Positions 13,300-25,625 of a stretch of DNA of 64,000 nucleotides are shown in pieces; the first letter of the stretch is position 1, and every line of letters starts with the position of its first letter. The translations under genes and the position numbers were made by a program. Location of the stretch: positions 68,386,001-68,450,000 of the forward strand of contig CM060731.1 in NCBI GenBank assembly GCA_030704615.1. The letters are read 5' to 3'. The notes beneath the pieces were generated by a model. That model saw only the letters and a program-made list of their open reading frames with translations, made no database searches and was not told the DNA's origin. This DNA comes from Takakia lepidozioides (taxonomy: Eukaryota; Plantae; Bryophyta).

Positions 13300-14346
13300 T
13301 CAAGGCCAAGCATGGACGTAGAATCCCTTAGCTCGAAGTGCAGCGAGCAGCCAGGTGGCCTCCTCTCGGGTGTGATTAAATTTGTCCCAACCAAAAATAG
13401 CCATGCTAGGATCGCTATAGTGGATTTCCACAAACAATTCATCAACAATATCCGCTATATCCTGACCATGAATCCATCTCTCCAGGATTGGCCATTCGCT
13501 TCCCTCTATGTCCATCTTAATCACAAGCGTGTCGGCTGCTGTAAGCTTTAGCTCCTCTTTGATGAATCGTGTAATATTGGTGGCATTCATGGCCAGGTTG
13601 TCGAAATCAGACACAAATCTGTTATGGATTTTTATACGATCAAGCATCCACTCTGGAACACCTGCCGGCTCTTGCACTCGGACTGACTCTGGATTTTCTG
13701 GACTCCAATTCTCCTTTTCCTTAGGTCCAGCAATTGGGATTTTTAGCACAGTTTCCACTACCTCGAATGCATGGATCTCAGTGAAGTCGCAAGGGTACAT
13801 TGTCTGAAACCATTGGATGCTTGACTTAAAACTATTTGCTCCTAGATCTAAGTAGACGCGCCGTTTTCTCAGGTTGAGATTGATTTTGCTCCCTAGGAGC
13901 CAGGGAAGAATGTGTGTTTTGTTTTCAACATCGTCGACGAACCTCAAGCTGTAGCCTCTCCGAAAATTGTTGAAAGGATCCAGGCTCTCAATCAGTTGTC
14001 CTTTCACTGTACATGCGGCTGGCTCTCCTACCCACTTCATCTGATTCCATGGATTTCGCATTCGCCCAGCCTTGGCTGGAAGATGCGCCTCCACAGAACT
14101 GCAAGCCGAGCTGTATACAGTCTTTTGCACATCGTTTACGGGCCACTGTACCTTTGATTGTGAACCGTGTGTGTGATAGAAGAGCAAATCCAAAACAACG
14201 TAGTTTGCTAGGAGGACTAACCATAAGTTCACAGAGAATAGTCGCCTAACCAAAACTGACCAAATATGCGTAACTTCACCACCGGGACTCATCTTGATCA
14301 GCCCTCCTGCAAACGCACTGAAATGGCTCTGAAAGACCCCAGTCAA
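13300..14346 (-). CDS. FkbM-like SAM-dependent methyltransferase, intronless; paralog 2 (start may be the ATG at 14292)
   Basis: 348-aa ORF collinear with 10881-11870, with the same motifs and the same HAWP* terminus. Confidence 0.8.
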   Translation of the reverse strand: MTGVFQSHFSAFAGGLIKMSPGGEVTHIWSVLVRRLFSVNLWLVLLANYVVLDLLFYHTHGSQSKVQWPVNDVQKTVYSSACSSVEAHLPAKAGRMRNPWNQMKWVGEPAACTVKGQLIESLDPFNNFRRGYSLRFVDDVENKTHILPWLLGSKINLNLRKRRVYLDLGANSFKSSIQWFQTMYPCDFTEIHAFEVVETVLKIPIAGPKEKENWSPENPESVRVQEPAGVPEWMLDRIKIHNRFVSDFDNLAMNATNITRFIKEELKLTAADTLVIKMDIEGSEWPILERWIHGQDIADIVDELFVEIHYSDPSMAIFGWDKFNHTREEATWLLAALRAKGFYVHAWP

Positions 14347-16049
14347 CCTGATTCGATCGATAAGAAAAGGTCTGATCAGCCCCGCACATGAATGCTCTCT
14401 ACCACAGCTGTTTGTCCCTCTCTGCCTCTGTTGTCGCTCAGCTTCGTTCTTGCATCAACACTTCCAGCAATCCTTCTCATGAACCCAACATACATAGACC
14501 CCCAAAACCAACCAACACTATCTCGAACACCTAAAACTAGTGTAGCCCTCGACTTCTCCCCTCTGTTCTCTACCTTCCTCCTCCTTCTATCGAATCGAAT
14601 TGAAGATGGAACCCCATAACTACAGTCCACACCTACACCACTCCATCCACTTGATGAAATCGTAAAAGACATCTCCGCCCACTTCTCTGTCGATCGCCAG
14701 CTCATGGAGGACGAGCCGTCCTGGACAACCATGTTGGAGGGGTTGGCAAGCGGAAAAGACATGGCTATGCCATATAATAACCTGATTTATCACCTCGCCT
14801 AGCCGTCTATCACCGAGAATACTGCAACGAATCTACCATCTGCTAACAATGCATTGAACAGTCATCAAGTATCCGCATCGAGAAACACGACAGACCCAGA
14901 CTCCCAAACAGGTCTGAGCCTCGGTCTATATATAGGGAGAGCACTTGCACTTGGTGCTAAGTGCAGAGAGAGATGTGCAGACAGAGAAAAGACTCCAGCC
15001 AGAACTCAGGGCCACTGCCCCTGTTGGAGGGGGGATCTCATGGCTGGAGCTTAGCACATGGGCAACAAGAGAGAGGGAAGGGCGTGGGCAGGGACAGAGA
15101 ATCTCCATCGCCAAATACCAGTGGAGCTTCGTCACTGGAGCTTGACAGATTCCTCCCTTCTCTTGGGTAAGAGCCTCATCCTTGGACTCATAAATGCTTG
15201 TGGAGTTCACAGGGTTATGGCAGGCATTTGTGCAGTAGTCTGCAGTCTGCACTTGCACGTTCAGGAACATGTCCTCTGTCTTCTGGTCTTGAACGAGGAT
15301 AGACAGTCTTTATAGGTAGTTCACTTGCTGGAATCCCTGAAGAAAATTTGACATGATTCCCCATTTAAGTCAATGGCTTGAGTGCACAGGGGGTTGAGAG
15401 AAAGAATGTGCAGGTATGAACTGGATGGTAGCACCTGGGGACAAACAGGCAAAGTCCTTTAATTATGGAGGTAACATCAGATTCCTTAAACCTCCTTGGA
15501 TAGATCCAGCAATGTAAGAGAAGTATGAACTTGGACAGTGGCAGAGCATTAGAAGCAAAACGACATTCATTTCCACAAAAACTTGTTGGCAATTGTTTTC
15601 TTACATAACTACTACCTTCAGGCCTCCTGTGCAAGTCTGCAGAGAGGACCGTCTCAGACTCGGCACCTAACCTCTTGGTAGTGACAAGGCTTCTTTATCT
15701 CCGATACTTTGGTGCTCTGGTCATGATTGAAGTATTTCAATCAAGCTAGCAAGAAACAGAGAAAGAGAAGATAGAGAAACAGAGGCAAACAGGCTAACCA
15801 ATGTCTGTGCCTAGTAGGAACATGACTTCACTTGCTTGTGCACCTATCTTGATTTCAAAATAGAGTATCATTTCAAAACCTATAGACTCCAGAGGCAACA
15901 AGCCTGTTTGAATCAAATACCTCATACAGGGCAGCAGGAAAAAAAAATAGTTGGAGAACTAAAAATGATGTCCCCCTTGAAGTGTGGGGCAATCTACCCT
16001 CATAAGGGTCTCAAGACAGTATGCCTCAAAAAGCTCAGAAACGATTCTA

Positions 16050-17798
16050 TCACTCCTTAATAGCAATGACTTCCTGGATCAAATCAGCTGCATCCTGCAC
16101 TGTGGTGATCTGGTCAGCATTCTCCTCGCCAAACTCAATGTCAAATGACTCCTCAAGAGCCATCATAATCTCCACCTGAAACCAGCCCAATAGGTGGCCA
16201 AATCAAGATACACCCAGATCAATTTTTGGATTGAATAGGCACCAGAAGAATTTTGGTTTACTCTACAATGAAGGAGGATAACACCATCCAGTCAACAGGC
16301 ACCACACAAGGAGCCCCATTGCAGCTGCCTAAGTCACAGTTCTGCTCAAGGGCCTGCCAGCCCCCATTCCTGGGAACAGCTCACCAAAGCATATCCTAGT
16401 GAGATTCAGGAACCAACAGAAAGTGGTAGTCTAGAAGCTATCTTAACTTCCTTACCGTGTCAAGTGAGTCGGCACCAAGCTCGGTAAACTTTGATCCCGG
16501 CAAAACAGTGCTTGCCTCAATGGCCAACTGCTTGGCAATGACGCCTTGAACAACCTCCAATGTCTCTTGTTTGGCCTGTAATAGACAGGAAGAGGAGTAA
16601 ATTTCAAAACTGCTACAAATTCAAAAGAGATCCACTATCAATAACCCTGCAGCAACGAAGTTGAGAGAGTTCCTTATAGCACGTAGAGATGTTACAGTTC
16701 ATTCTGTCCCTCGTTGGTAGAGAGAGTGTGGAAAGAAACCGTTCAGTACCACTATGTGGAATAACACTTGGCCTAACCTGCAATAGACTGGAATCCCTCT
16801 ACTGTTGCTACATAAACCCGAAATGTTTAAAACGGGGACTCTTCTGAAGTACAGAACCAAGCCAACTGGAGCAACGCAAATCTTTCATAGGATCAACTGA
16901 CTTCTAATACAAGTGCATGGTTGAAAGTACACAGTCCGAGTTTGAACTTACAGCGCATGAGATGGAAAGTGACCGTCTAACGGCAACCGAACGTAGCGCG
17001 ACAGCGTTGGTCTGCTTCAGAACTGGGAAAGCCTTCAGTCCGTTGAATCGTGCAACAGGCTGGAAAGGAAAACAGAGAAGTACGAACCATAAGTACAATA
17101 CCGAGACGGCCAGCCGGGAACATGCGGAAGAGACTCAACTTACAACGCTCTGTTCTTCGAGACAAGTCAGAAGTCTGGACACCAATACTCAAGGAAATAA
17201 TTTTCGAGTCCGAGGAACCTCTGTGGACTTCAGAAATGAGATAAGGTAACAACCTCAGACCATCTCCACACAACAACTCAGCGAATATCTGAAAACGGTA
17301 GTATCTGACCTCACTATACATTACATATGCCATCCAGATAATAGGAAGCCTCAACCCTGCGGATGTGCATATCCAATCACTTCAGCATACAAATAGTTGG
17401 CCATGACTCTTGCCATCTCAAAACACTGCCGGGGTTGCACTTTACCAAAGCTGTCAGAACATTCTTCGAACACATCGAGCCTAATGCTAGTTCAAAACGA
17501 GATATCCGAGGAGAAAACCATAGCAAAAATAACAAACGAAGCTGTAGACACCCCTGAAAATGCACGAAAAGACCAGTGGCACGGGCTCCGACAGCATCCC
17601 TAGCCAATACTGAATAGAGATCCTTCACTCCTCGGAAACCTACTCAAAGCAGAACGCATCCTCTCCAAACGGCCGCAACATGCACATAAACACTCAGCGA
17701 CTATCACAGGGACTCCAAGCCTGGGAAACGAAAACTCTTACCCGTTGCTGCGTGCTCCCCGACAACAAAGCAGAGCTCAGCGCCATCATCGAAGCCAT
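16050..17798 (-). CDS. ACP: Plastid acyl carrier protein; exons 17742-17798, 16952-17059, 16456-16575, 16050-16175 (136 aa)
   Basis: Not in the ORF track; assembled from GT-AG exons. Transit peptide MASMMALSS...SISCA is followed by AKQETLEVVQ...FTELGADSLDT|VEIMMALEESFDIEFGEENADQITTVQDAADLI, including the DSL phosphopantetheine site. Confidence 0.95.
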
Positions 17799-18356
17799 GG
17801 CGTCGGCAGCGTTGCCGATCTGCAGCAGCCAGCAGCGAGAAACGCAGAGCGCACGCAGCTTTGTGAGCGCGAAAGGGGCGGCTAAACTCCACCAACCCTC
17901 GCCCTACGCTGCACATGATCTTGATGATGTGTCAGATTACCAGTAACTCAGTTTAGCCAACCCTTTCGCCATTCCACCACCCCCGATCCACCATTTTTTT
18001 TTTTCTTAGGACCATCTTTTATTATCGACGGCCATGCAGTCACCAGTGCGAGCCATCCAATTATATCTCGGTTTTTATTTTCGTCATACCCTTCTCTACG
18101 ATTGCTATATTGATATTAAATAACAAATAAATGCGACGGTGAAGTTGGTGGGATGGCGAGCCGTTGTGCTCGCCATCAACCCATTTACCCAACTCAAGGA
18201 ATGCGTAATACTCATCAGTTTAGCCATTAATGGCTGCATTATGTAATTTTCTATAATTACATATTTTCTATATGTAGCTGCAAGTGAAATGTGACTGCTG
18301 AAAGCTGTCTCAACTTCAAGAGAGCAGGGCCTTGATGACACTGTTGGCTCCCACAC

Positions 18357-18612
18357 CAGTGTTTTTTTTTTCAAATTTGGAAAATAACAGGAGTGGCTAC
18401 TGAGTTTGGCAGGAAATAGCCATATTTTCTGTTCATCCACTAAAATTTGGACAGAATCATCCTCCTCTGTAATTTCATCCATATTAGGCGAATTCATCCA
18501 AGATTTATATATTTTTTGAGAAGTTTGGCGATTTCATCCATGAGAAAATAGGGAATTTACGACAGAATATTTGAATTTGTTTTTGAGGTCGAAAAAGTGC
18601 GAAATTTCGCCA
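18357..18612. mobile_element. hAT-like/MITE terminus, second copy of the 5716-5980 family
   Basis: Starts CAGTGTTT, has TTCATCC repeats and is homologous to 5716-5980. Confidence 0.5.
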
Positions 18613-18654
18613 GAAATTGAAACATTGTCCCACACTCTCCATGCCTGGGAGGGT

Positions 18655-18941
18655 GAGCTTGTGAGAGAGAGATGATGCCAACCGAAGCTAGTGTAAATAA
18701 GAGAGACAACGCCTCTTCCCTTTCGGGAGAGCTTGTGAGAGAGAGATGATGCCAACCGAAGCTAGTGTAAATAAGAGAGACGACGCCTCTTCCCTTACGG
18801 GAGAGCTTGTGAGAGAGAGATGATGCCAACCGAAGCTAGTGTAAATAAGAGAGACAACGCCTCTTCCCTTCCGGGAGAGCTTGTGAGAGAGGAAGAGAGA
18901 GACGTCAAGCAAAGCTAGCATAAATAAGAGCCTCTTCCCCT
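18655..18941. repeat. 74-bp tandem repeat, three near-perfect copies plus one degenerate copy
   Basis: gagcttgtgagagagagatgatgccaaccgaagctagtgtaaataag... starts at 18655, 18729, 18803 and 18877. Confidence 0.95.
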
Positions 18942-19813
18942 TGGGGCTTGGGGGGTCTGCCCCTTTGGTTTGTGGGTTTGTAAGGAAGCCCTCCAGTAAT
19001 ATCCCATCAGGTACCAATGCCTGCAACCGTAAGAAAAGCATTCTTATTTTTTATTTTTGTAGTAAACCAGGGAGCGACAGCTCACAGAGAAGAGGGAAAA
19101 AGAACCCCATTTCATTTATGAGGAATAGAGCAGACTGAACCTCAGACCAGAAGCAGATAATATAACACCGCACCCGACAAGGTAGCAGGAGTTGAACCCA
19201 AACTCACCTGGGAGGCACACAACTGAGTGCAAACAGAACAACACTAGAAGAGCATAGGAACCGCCGTCAGGGGCACTGTCAGCCCAACACGTGGCCCGTA
19301 GCCCTCCGTGACCCGTCCGGGTAACAGGAAGCCCGCACGTATTCATCCGTTCGCAAACGTTCATCCGCAACGTTTTCATATTCAGGCGTGGGATGAATAG
19401 TGGATGAATATAGAGCGACGGACTCGTCCAAAATTTGAGCTCAAGATATGGTTTTTACCCATATCGACTCTCACCCACCACATTGGCAGGTCAACGTGGT
19501 GGCCCTCCTAAACCACCCACGTTTCTTTGACACGGACACTTCAAAAAATCCTAGAGGACGGAGTTTTTTTTCCCTGAGGCACAGTAAATTCCAGTCTATG
19601 CTTCTCTAGAGCACACGCACTTCTTGTGTAGACTTTTTTCATCCAACATCCTCCGTGGAAAGCAGATCATAGATGAAAACAGGCGACCCAATTTGAGTTG
19701 CATCGTCATTTAGGGGCTAATCTTGCAATTAATTATATGCAATTATAATCAATTTTATTAACCGTCATTCATCTCTGCAATTGGCTTGTAGATGGACGGT
19801 AGAAAGAGAGATA

Positions 19814-20130
19814 CCCTACTTACCTAGCTTATTAGGCACTTCCCCGCCTAATAATTAATAAAAAAAGGAATATTATTAGACAGATTCGTTTTTATTATTT
19901 AGACACCTCACCTAGGTAATTTCCAAACATTAGGCATGTATTACAATCGACCCTATTGTTGAGGTAATTTCTTTAAAAAAAACATAATGATTTTGAAAAT
20001 AGAATTCGAGCAATTAGGCACTACTCAGGAATTTTTTGCAAGTTTTAGGCACATTTTCCAAAAATGTTCTAAATTTAATTAGGCACTTGATTTTGAATTA
20101 ATTATTGCCTAATAAGCTAGGTAAGTACGG
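19814..20130. mobile_element. Tc1/mariner-pogo-type MITE (317 bp)
   Basis: 25-bp terminal inverted repeat with one mismatch (ccctacttacctagcttattaggca / tgcctaataagctaggtaagtacgg), flanked by TA on both sides; AT-rich interior. Confidence 0.85.
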
Positions 20131-21988
20131 TAGGCTAGTGATTTGCATAATTCGTATTCCCTCTTCACTTTGGACATGAATGTGTTGAGCCCAAGAATTA
20201 TTATTGTCTAGTCAAAATCATTTTCTAGCTTTTCTCTTGGATCAAATTATTAAGTTCAAATTCTTGCAAGTCTTCTTAATTTTTTTTTTAATCTTGGAGG
20301 TAAGGGCTAGAGTAAGAAGTTATTATCTATTCTAAAATCCCAGCCTCTTAGAAGCTATGAAAGCTATGAAAGTAAATTGGGTAGCCATATTGTGAAATAT
20401 ACTAAATGAATAGGGATCAAAGACAAAAAGTTTAATGAGAGCACCCAACCATACCAACACAACCAAATGAGTACCTCCATTCTTTGAGAGGAGTTTTCTA
20501 TCTTGAGCAGGTAGCCCATGGGTTGGGTGTATGTGCTTTGCCTGTGCATAACCTAGGTGATCCTGGGTTCAATCCTTCAACATGTGCCTGCAGACCGTCC
20601 ATTGGGCCCTCGATGGCATGTGTGTTGAGCAATAGGCTTTGTAATTCATTGGACATTAAAGACTTTATCTTATCTTTATCTTATTTTTTCTGCGAGCTGA
20701 TCTAGCATATTGACACATGCCAGGATTAGCATGATAACTTTACTAATTGCATGCCCAACTTGAGATGTCTCTAACTGCTAGTTGGATTGGGCTTAGTGAC
20801 ATGCAGTTTGGACTGATTCGGTATTCCATGTGTTTATGTCTCAATCTGGATATCCTAGGCGCGCTTTCCTTGGGGCATGCCTTTTATATGTGTTATAGGG
20901 AGGAGGGAAAATGTAACACAAATATAGAATATGCATCTTTTAAAAATCGCAATTAAAAAATGAACATTTATGTAGAGCTTGCAGAAAACCAGAACCTAAC
21001 ACTTATGGGAAAAAAAATGATTTTATATATATCAGAGAGGCTCATGATCGAGAGAGGCTCATGAACGGCAAAGTAAGATTCCAATGTTGATTGTCAATTT
21101 CTTGAATGTGGAACTTACTGATATCCTTATCCAAGGCTAGACATTCTTTTTATCACCTTAGTAACATCTTTATCATGTTGCTCTAATAAAATATGAATAT
21201 TGGTCAAATCCTCACGAACACTTGAATAAGGGACATGAGGAATTGCAACCTCTATTTCTGCATTTTTTTTCTCCTCAATATCTGCATCAATTGCTTCGAA
21301 GTGTTCACGATCAGCTAACTCTTCATGAAACTTGTTTTGCAGAAACTGAAAGGTAATCAAATAATCAACGTTCCACAAAAAACTAGTGGTTCGCGTCTGT
21401 CTATATATAACTATAAAGTCTATGTTCTTGGAGATCAGATACTTGGATCTTTGACAATATGAGTGACAGAATCACAGATATAAAATGTCTGAGGTCTAAA
21501 TTGGGGAATGAGTATCGCAAAAACGCACTAGGATATCGATAGCACCGTAGGTGTGGCAAGGCCAATTTGTCAATGTCCGTGCAGAATCTTCGTTGTCATT
21601 ATCGAAAAGATGGAAAACAACGTGTTGTAACCCTTCTATTTTCAAAGCTCAAGGGCCTCACGCCCACGATTCATCACGCGCAGTTAGAATTGTGGTGATC
21701 CCATGTTTTGTTAATTTGCGTGCAATCTCGAAGCCTATGCCCTAACTGGCCTCCGTCACCACCCCCACTGTGTCCTTCGACCACCACGTCATTCTACATC
21801 GCGAGCACACTCCATTAGGGTTCAGTTCTTCATTCAGTTACGCCATTCTGTTGTGGTGTCCTTGGTTGTGTGAGATAACGCTGAGAGGAATTCCATGCTT
21901 ATGCTGATAATTAGTAAATGTGTCAGAATTTTTTTTTCCCCTTGATCACTTCAGAGACATTTTATGCGTTTCCTTGTGGCATTCTCTA

Positions 21989-23280
21989 TCATCTCCTTGA
22001 ATATGTGAAAATTGGTAATACATCACTCTTCTCCTTGAGGAAATATACCCATGTGAAGCGGTTGTAGTCAACAGTAACCGCTATGAAGTATTTAGAACCA
22101 GAAAGTGATGGAGCAATCAGCCCACAAAGATCCGCATGTACAATATCAAGAAATGAGGTTATTTCTCTAACCAATGCACATACAAAACATCTGTAATTTT
22201 CTTTATTGCACCACTGGTACTCTTGAACTTAGCATGCCCTTTTCCTTCAACACTATGAAGATGACCTCCGACAAATCTTACACTAGAAAAACTATGCACT
22301 ATTTCTATACTATGCAAGAGTTTTAGATTATCACTAACATGTTTGTTTGCGCTTGAATCAACATACCATTGATCTTCATCCTCGATTTTTGTAGCAAGAG
22401 CATCAAGTGTTACCATTGCATCTTCAAGAAGTTCTGTAGTGGCATTTGAGGCCGTATCACTCCCATCAGATTCATGCTCAGGCTCATTCTTCTCTTCAAC
22501 TGCATTGACTTGATGATTCCTGGCTATGAGAATTTCTTCATAAAGAACCGCACAATTAGATTTCCATCCTAATGGCCAAACTTATTAAATCTGTTCATGC
22601 ACGTCGTTGTCTGCTTTCTACCACCAAACTGCTTTCCTCCAAAATTTTGGTCTCCCTCAGGCTTCCTTCAAAACTTCACCCACAAAGCTTATTCGTTTTT
22701 TTTTTTTTTTTTCAGCTCTCTTCTGCTTTCTTCATGTAGCAATTTTTATAGTTAGTTCTTCAAGCGTATAAGAAAGGTCTTTTGACTCAATATAGATTGA
22801 ACATAATGTTTAATTTCTCTTAGGAGAGCAATCATGACCATCTCGACTATCATGTCATCGCATATCTTCAAACCAATTTAACAAATCTTGGACAGTTTTC
22901 AAGAAGCTTTCAATGAATGAATCTTCTGAATGCATTTTCAGATTGGTCAATTTGTTCCGAATTGCAATCTCCTAGAATATGTCTTGACCTCGTAGAGACC
23001 GGCAAGTGTATCTCATACTTATTTGCAGGGATCGTTCAGATGTTGGACATAAGGAATAAATATGTCAGAAGTGAGAGGTTTATGATGGTAAAAGCTCTCC
23101 GTTTTCGCTTCTTCAAAGCCTCTTCTTGTGCTTGACTCGTATGATTGCGGCCTTGATATCCTCCTCTACTACATCTAAAAGATTTTCTCTCATAAGATAG
23201 TTGTTAGATCACTGACTGACATAAACAATAAACAATTCATCGAGCAAATCTATGGTGAAAGCATTCTCCTTGATATGGAC
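21989..23280 (-). mobile_element. Ty1/Copia remnant: gag, protease and integrase N-part (degenerate)
   Basis: WYVDSSANKHV (Copia protease) and DIVHADLCG...SKYFIAVTVDYNRFTWVYFLKEKSDV (rve integrase); degraded gag-like sequence upstream. Confidence 0.85.
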
Positions 23281-23719
23281 ACCTGTAGCCAGTTCATTCG
23301 GCCAAAACGACGTTACGCCGTGAGCCTAGGTCATGAGCCTATGAGCGTATCTCACCTGTTGATGACATGGCGTGAGCCCAGGTTCATATTTGCCACGTGA
23401 CAGACTTCTAGGCTCACGCCACGTCGTTAATGAGAAATATGACCTATATCCGTACTGGAACACCACTTTTAGACCTATAACCATGGAAGAAGGTCCATAC
23501 CTGGAAGCATAAAGAATGCAAAATTCAAGTTGAATATATCATGAAATGAAGAAATAATAGCACGTCCGGTTAGAATGGCTACTCCAACAACGTGTTTTAT
23601 TTATTTTATTTTGTGTTTGGGATATGAATCGTAGACTTGAATTGCGGTCATCAACAACTGTATTTTTGGAGGTTGTTTTTTTTGTTTTTTTGTGGGGTGG
23701 GACAATCATTGGAGACAAT

Positions 23720-25625
23720 CATGAGAAGATTGCTTGGCTTAGAAATTAGCTCAAGAATGCTTATGAAATGACTGACTTGGGGCTCATCAATCATTGCCTT
23801 GCAGCAGAGTTCTTGGTCACTTATCTGTAGGCATTATGATCACTCAACAAAAAAATAAAATAAAATATTAGAACGGTTAATCTTGTTGATTGCAAACCTC
23901 AAGTTGTTCCTAGGGCAGAAGGAACAAGATTCCTCGCAAACATGAACTCTCCAGGTGTTGATTCAACACTTTACAAACAGATGGTCAAAAGTCTTATTTA
24001 CTTGACAAATATGAGACCTGATGTTTCATATGCTACAAGTGTAGTCAGCAGGTTTATGTCCAATCCACATGAAGCCCATCTTGACGCAATTAAGCAAATT
24101 TTTAGCTACATAAAAAGGACTGCTGAGTGTGGTTTTTTGTTTCATGGAGGCATAAACAACAATCTCCATAGCTACGGTGATGCAGATTGGGAAAACGACG
24201 CTTGACAATGGGGTACGTGTTTTGTTATGAAGACTCCGCTGACCCCCAATTGCGAAGTCCGACGCATCTGTATGAATCTCAAATGGACAATCGAACTCCG
24301 GGATATTCATGACTGGAGCTTCCGCCATCTGCTGCTTCAACTCGGCAAAAGCTTGCCACAAAAGGTGTTCCATACCCATACCTTAGACTTCCACAGAAGG
24401 TCCGAAAGCGGCCCCGCGATCTTGGCGAAATTTCTCACATACTTTCGGTAATAGGAGGCGAATCCTAGGAATGATCGCACTCCCGAGACCGAAGTCGGAG
24501 GCTCCCAGTCCAAGATCGCCTTCACATTTCTATCATCCATTTTGATCCCATCCTGTGTAATCACATGCCCTAGGAACTCCACTTTTGTGATCCCGAATCG
24601 CACTTTTTGCTCTAAAAAACAACATAGAGTTGCTCTGTCAAGCATTGAAGCTGAGTATCGCGCATTAACTGAAGGTGCCAAAGAGACAACATGGCTGAGA
24701 AATCTAATATGAGAACTTGGAGTTGCTCGGGGAAGTCACTCGGCATGAATTCCAAACCATGTGCAATAAAACATAGGGTCCAACAAATTTTGAAAAATCA
24801 AAATTCTAAAAGATTTATAATTAACAAAGGGTTGTGGTATTGTGAAAATTACATTTATATAAAGAAATAGAGGTAATTCTTTGCCTTTGTGTTACAAATT
24901 TCTTAAAAAGAATATATGGGAAGAAAAAAAAACCGAGGGGTTGTGGAGCTATGATTCCCTTCACCATTACGATTCCTGATTCATGAACTACGATTTCCTT
25001 CACCATTATGATTGATGTCACTTTAACTTATCAGCCAGAGAAAAACTTGTTTGTGTTAGATAACAATGATGCAGACACATTGAATGAGATTGTTAGTGAA
25101 CGACAGTAGGCCATATTTGCCTGAATAAAGTTCATGTATTTTATTGTTTGTTGTGTATGTGTTGCTATTGTTTATTTTTTCCGTTCAAATTGAACTTTAT
25201 ATGATATTTTAAAGTAAATTTGGGTGCTAACAAAAGAATCTAGTATTTTTTATAATTCAAAATAGGGTGTCTACAAAAAACCCGTATTACAAAATTATGT
25301 AATATAAGGGTTTTTTTAAAAAAAATACCCCCCAACTATATACCTTTTGTTTGCAGATGGTAACAGAATTTTACAATGAGTGATCTCCCCGGGTGGAGTT
25401 GTAAGCGATGAACCTACTGTCATCCTATGTGACAATCAACCCTATCTTCCATGCACGAACCAAACATATAGAAGTACATTATCATTACAATATATGCAAG
25501 AAAGTTGAAAATAGAGAAATAGATCTTGTACATGTTCCAACATGAGATCAACTATCTAATATTCTAACCAAGCCTCTTGAAAAAATCAAGCATTCTAGGT
25601 TTAGAGACGATCTTAGGGTTTGCAG
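23720..25625 (+). mobile_element. Ty1/Copia remnant: RT C-part and RNase H (degenerate, interrupted)
   Basis: LKNAYEMTDLG; YKQMVKSLIYLTNMRPDVSYATSVVSRFM; YGDADW; SKKQHRVALSSIEAEYRA; LCDNQ..FHARTKHIEVHYH; ILTKPL. Confidence 0.85.
24235..24603 (-). mobile_element. Ty3/Gypsy RT-thumb/RNase H fragment embedded antisense in the Copia RNase H
   Basis: VEFLGHVIT...VRSFLGFASYYRKYVRNFAKIAGPLSDLL and PFEIHTDASDFAIGG. Confidence 0.85.

Noticed and set aside
14376-14762. 128-aa ORF upstream of methyltransferase paralog 2
   Set aside because: Different frame, no recognisable domain and no clear counterpart upstream of paralog 1; cannot be supported as a gene.
18655-18941. ORFs MASSLSHKLSRKGRGVV... and a possible array
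   Set aside because: Simple 74-bp tandem repeat; the ORFs are by-products.
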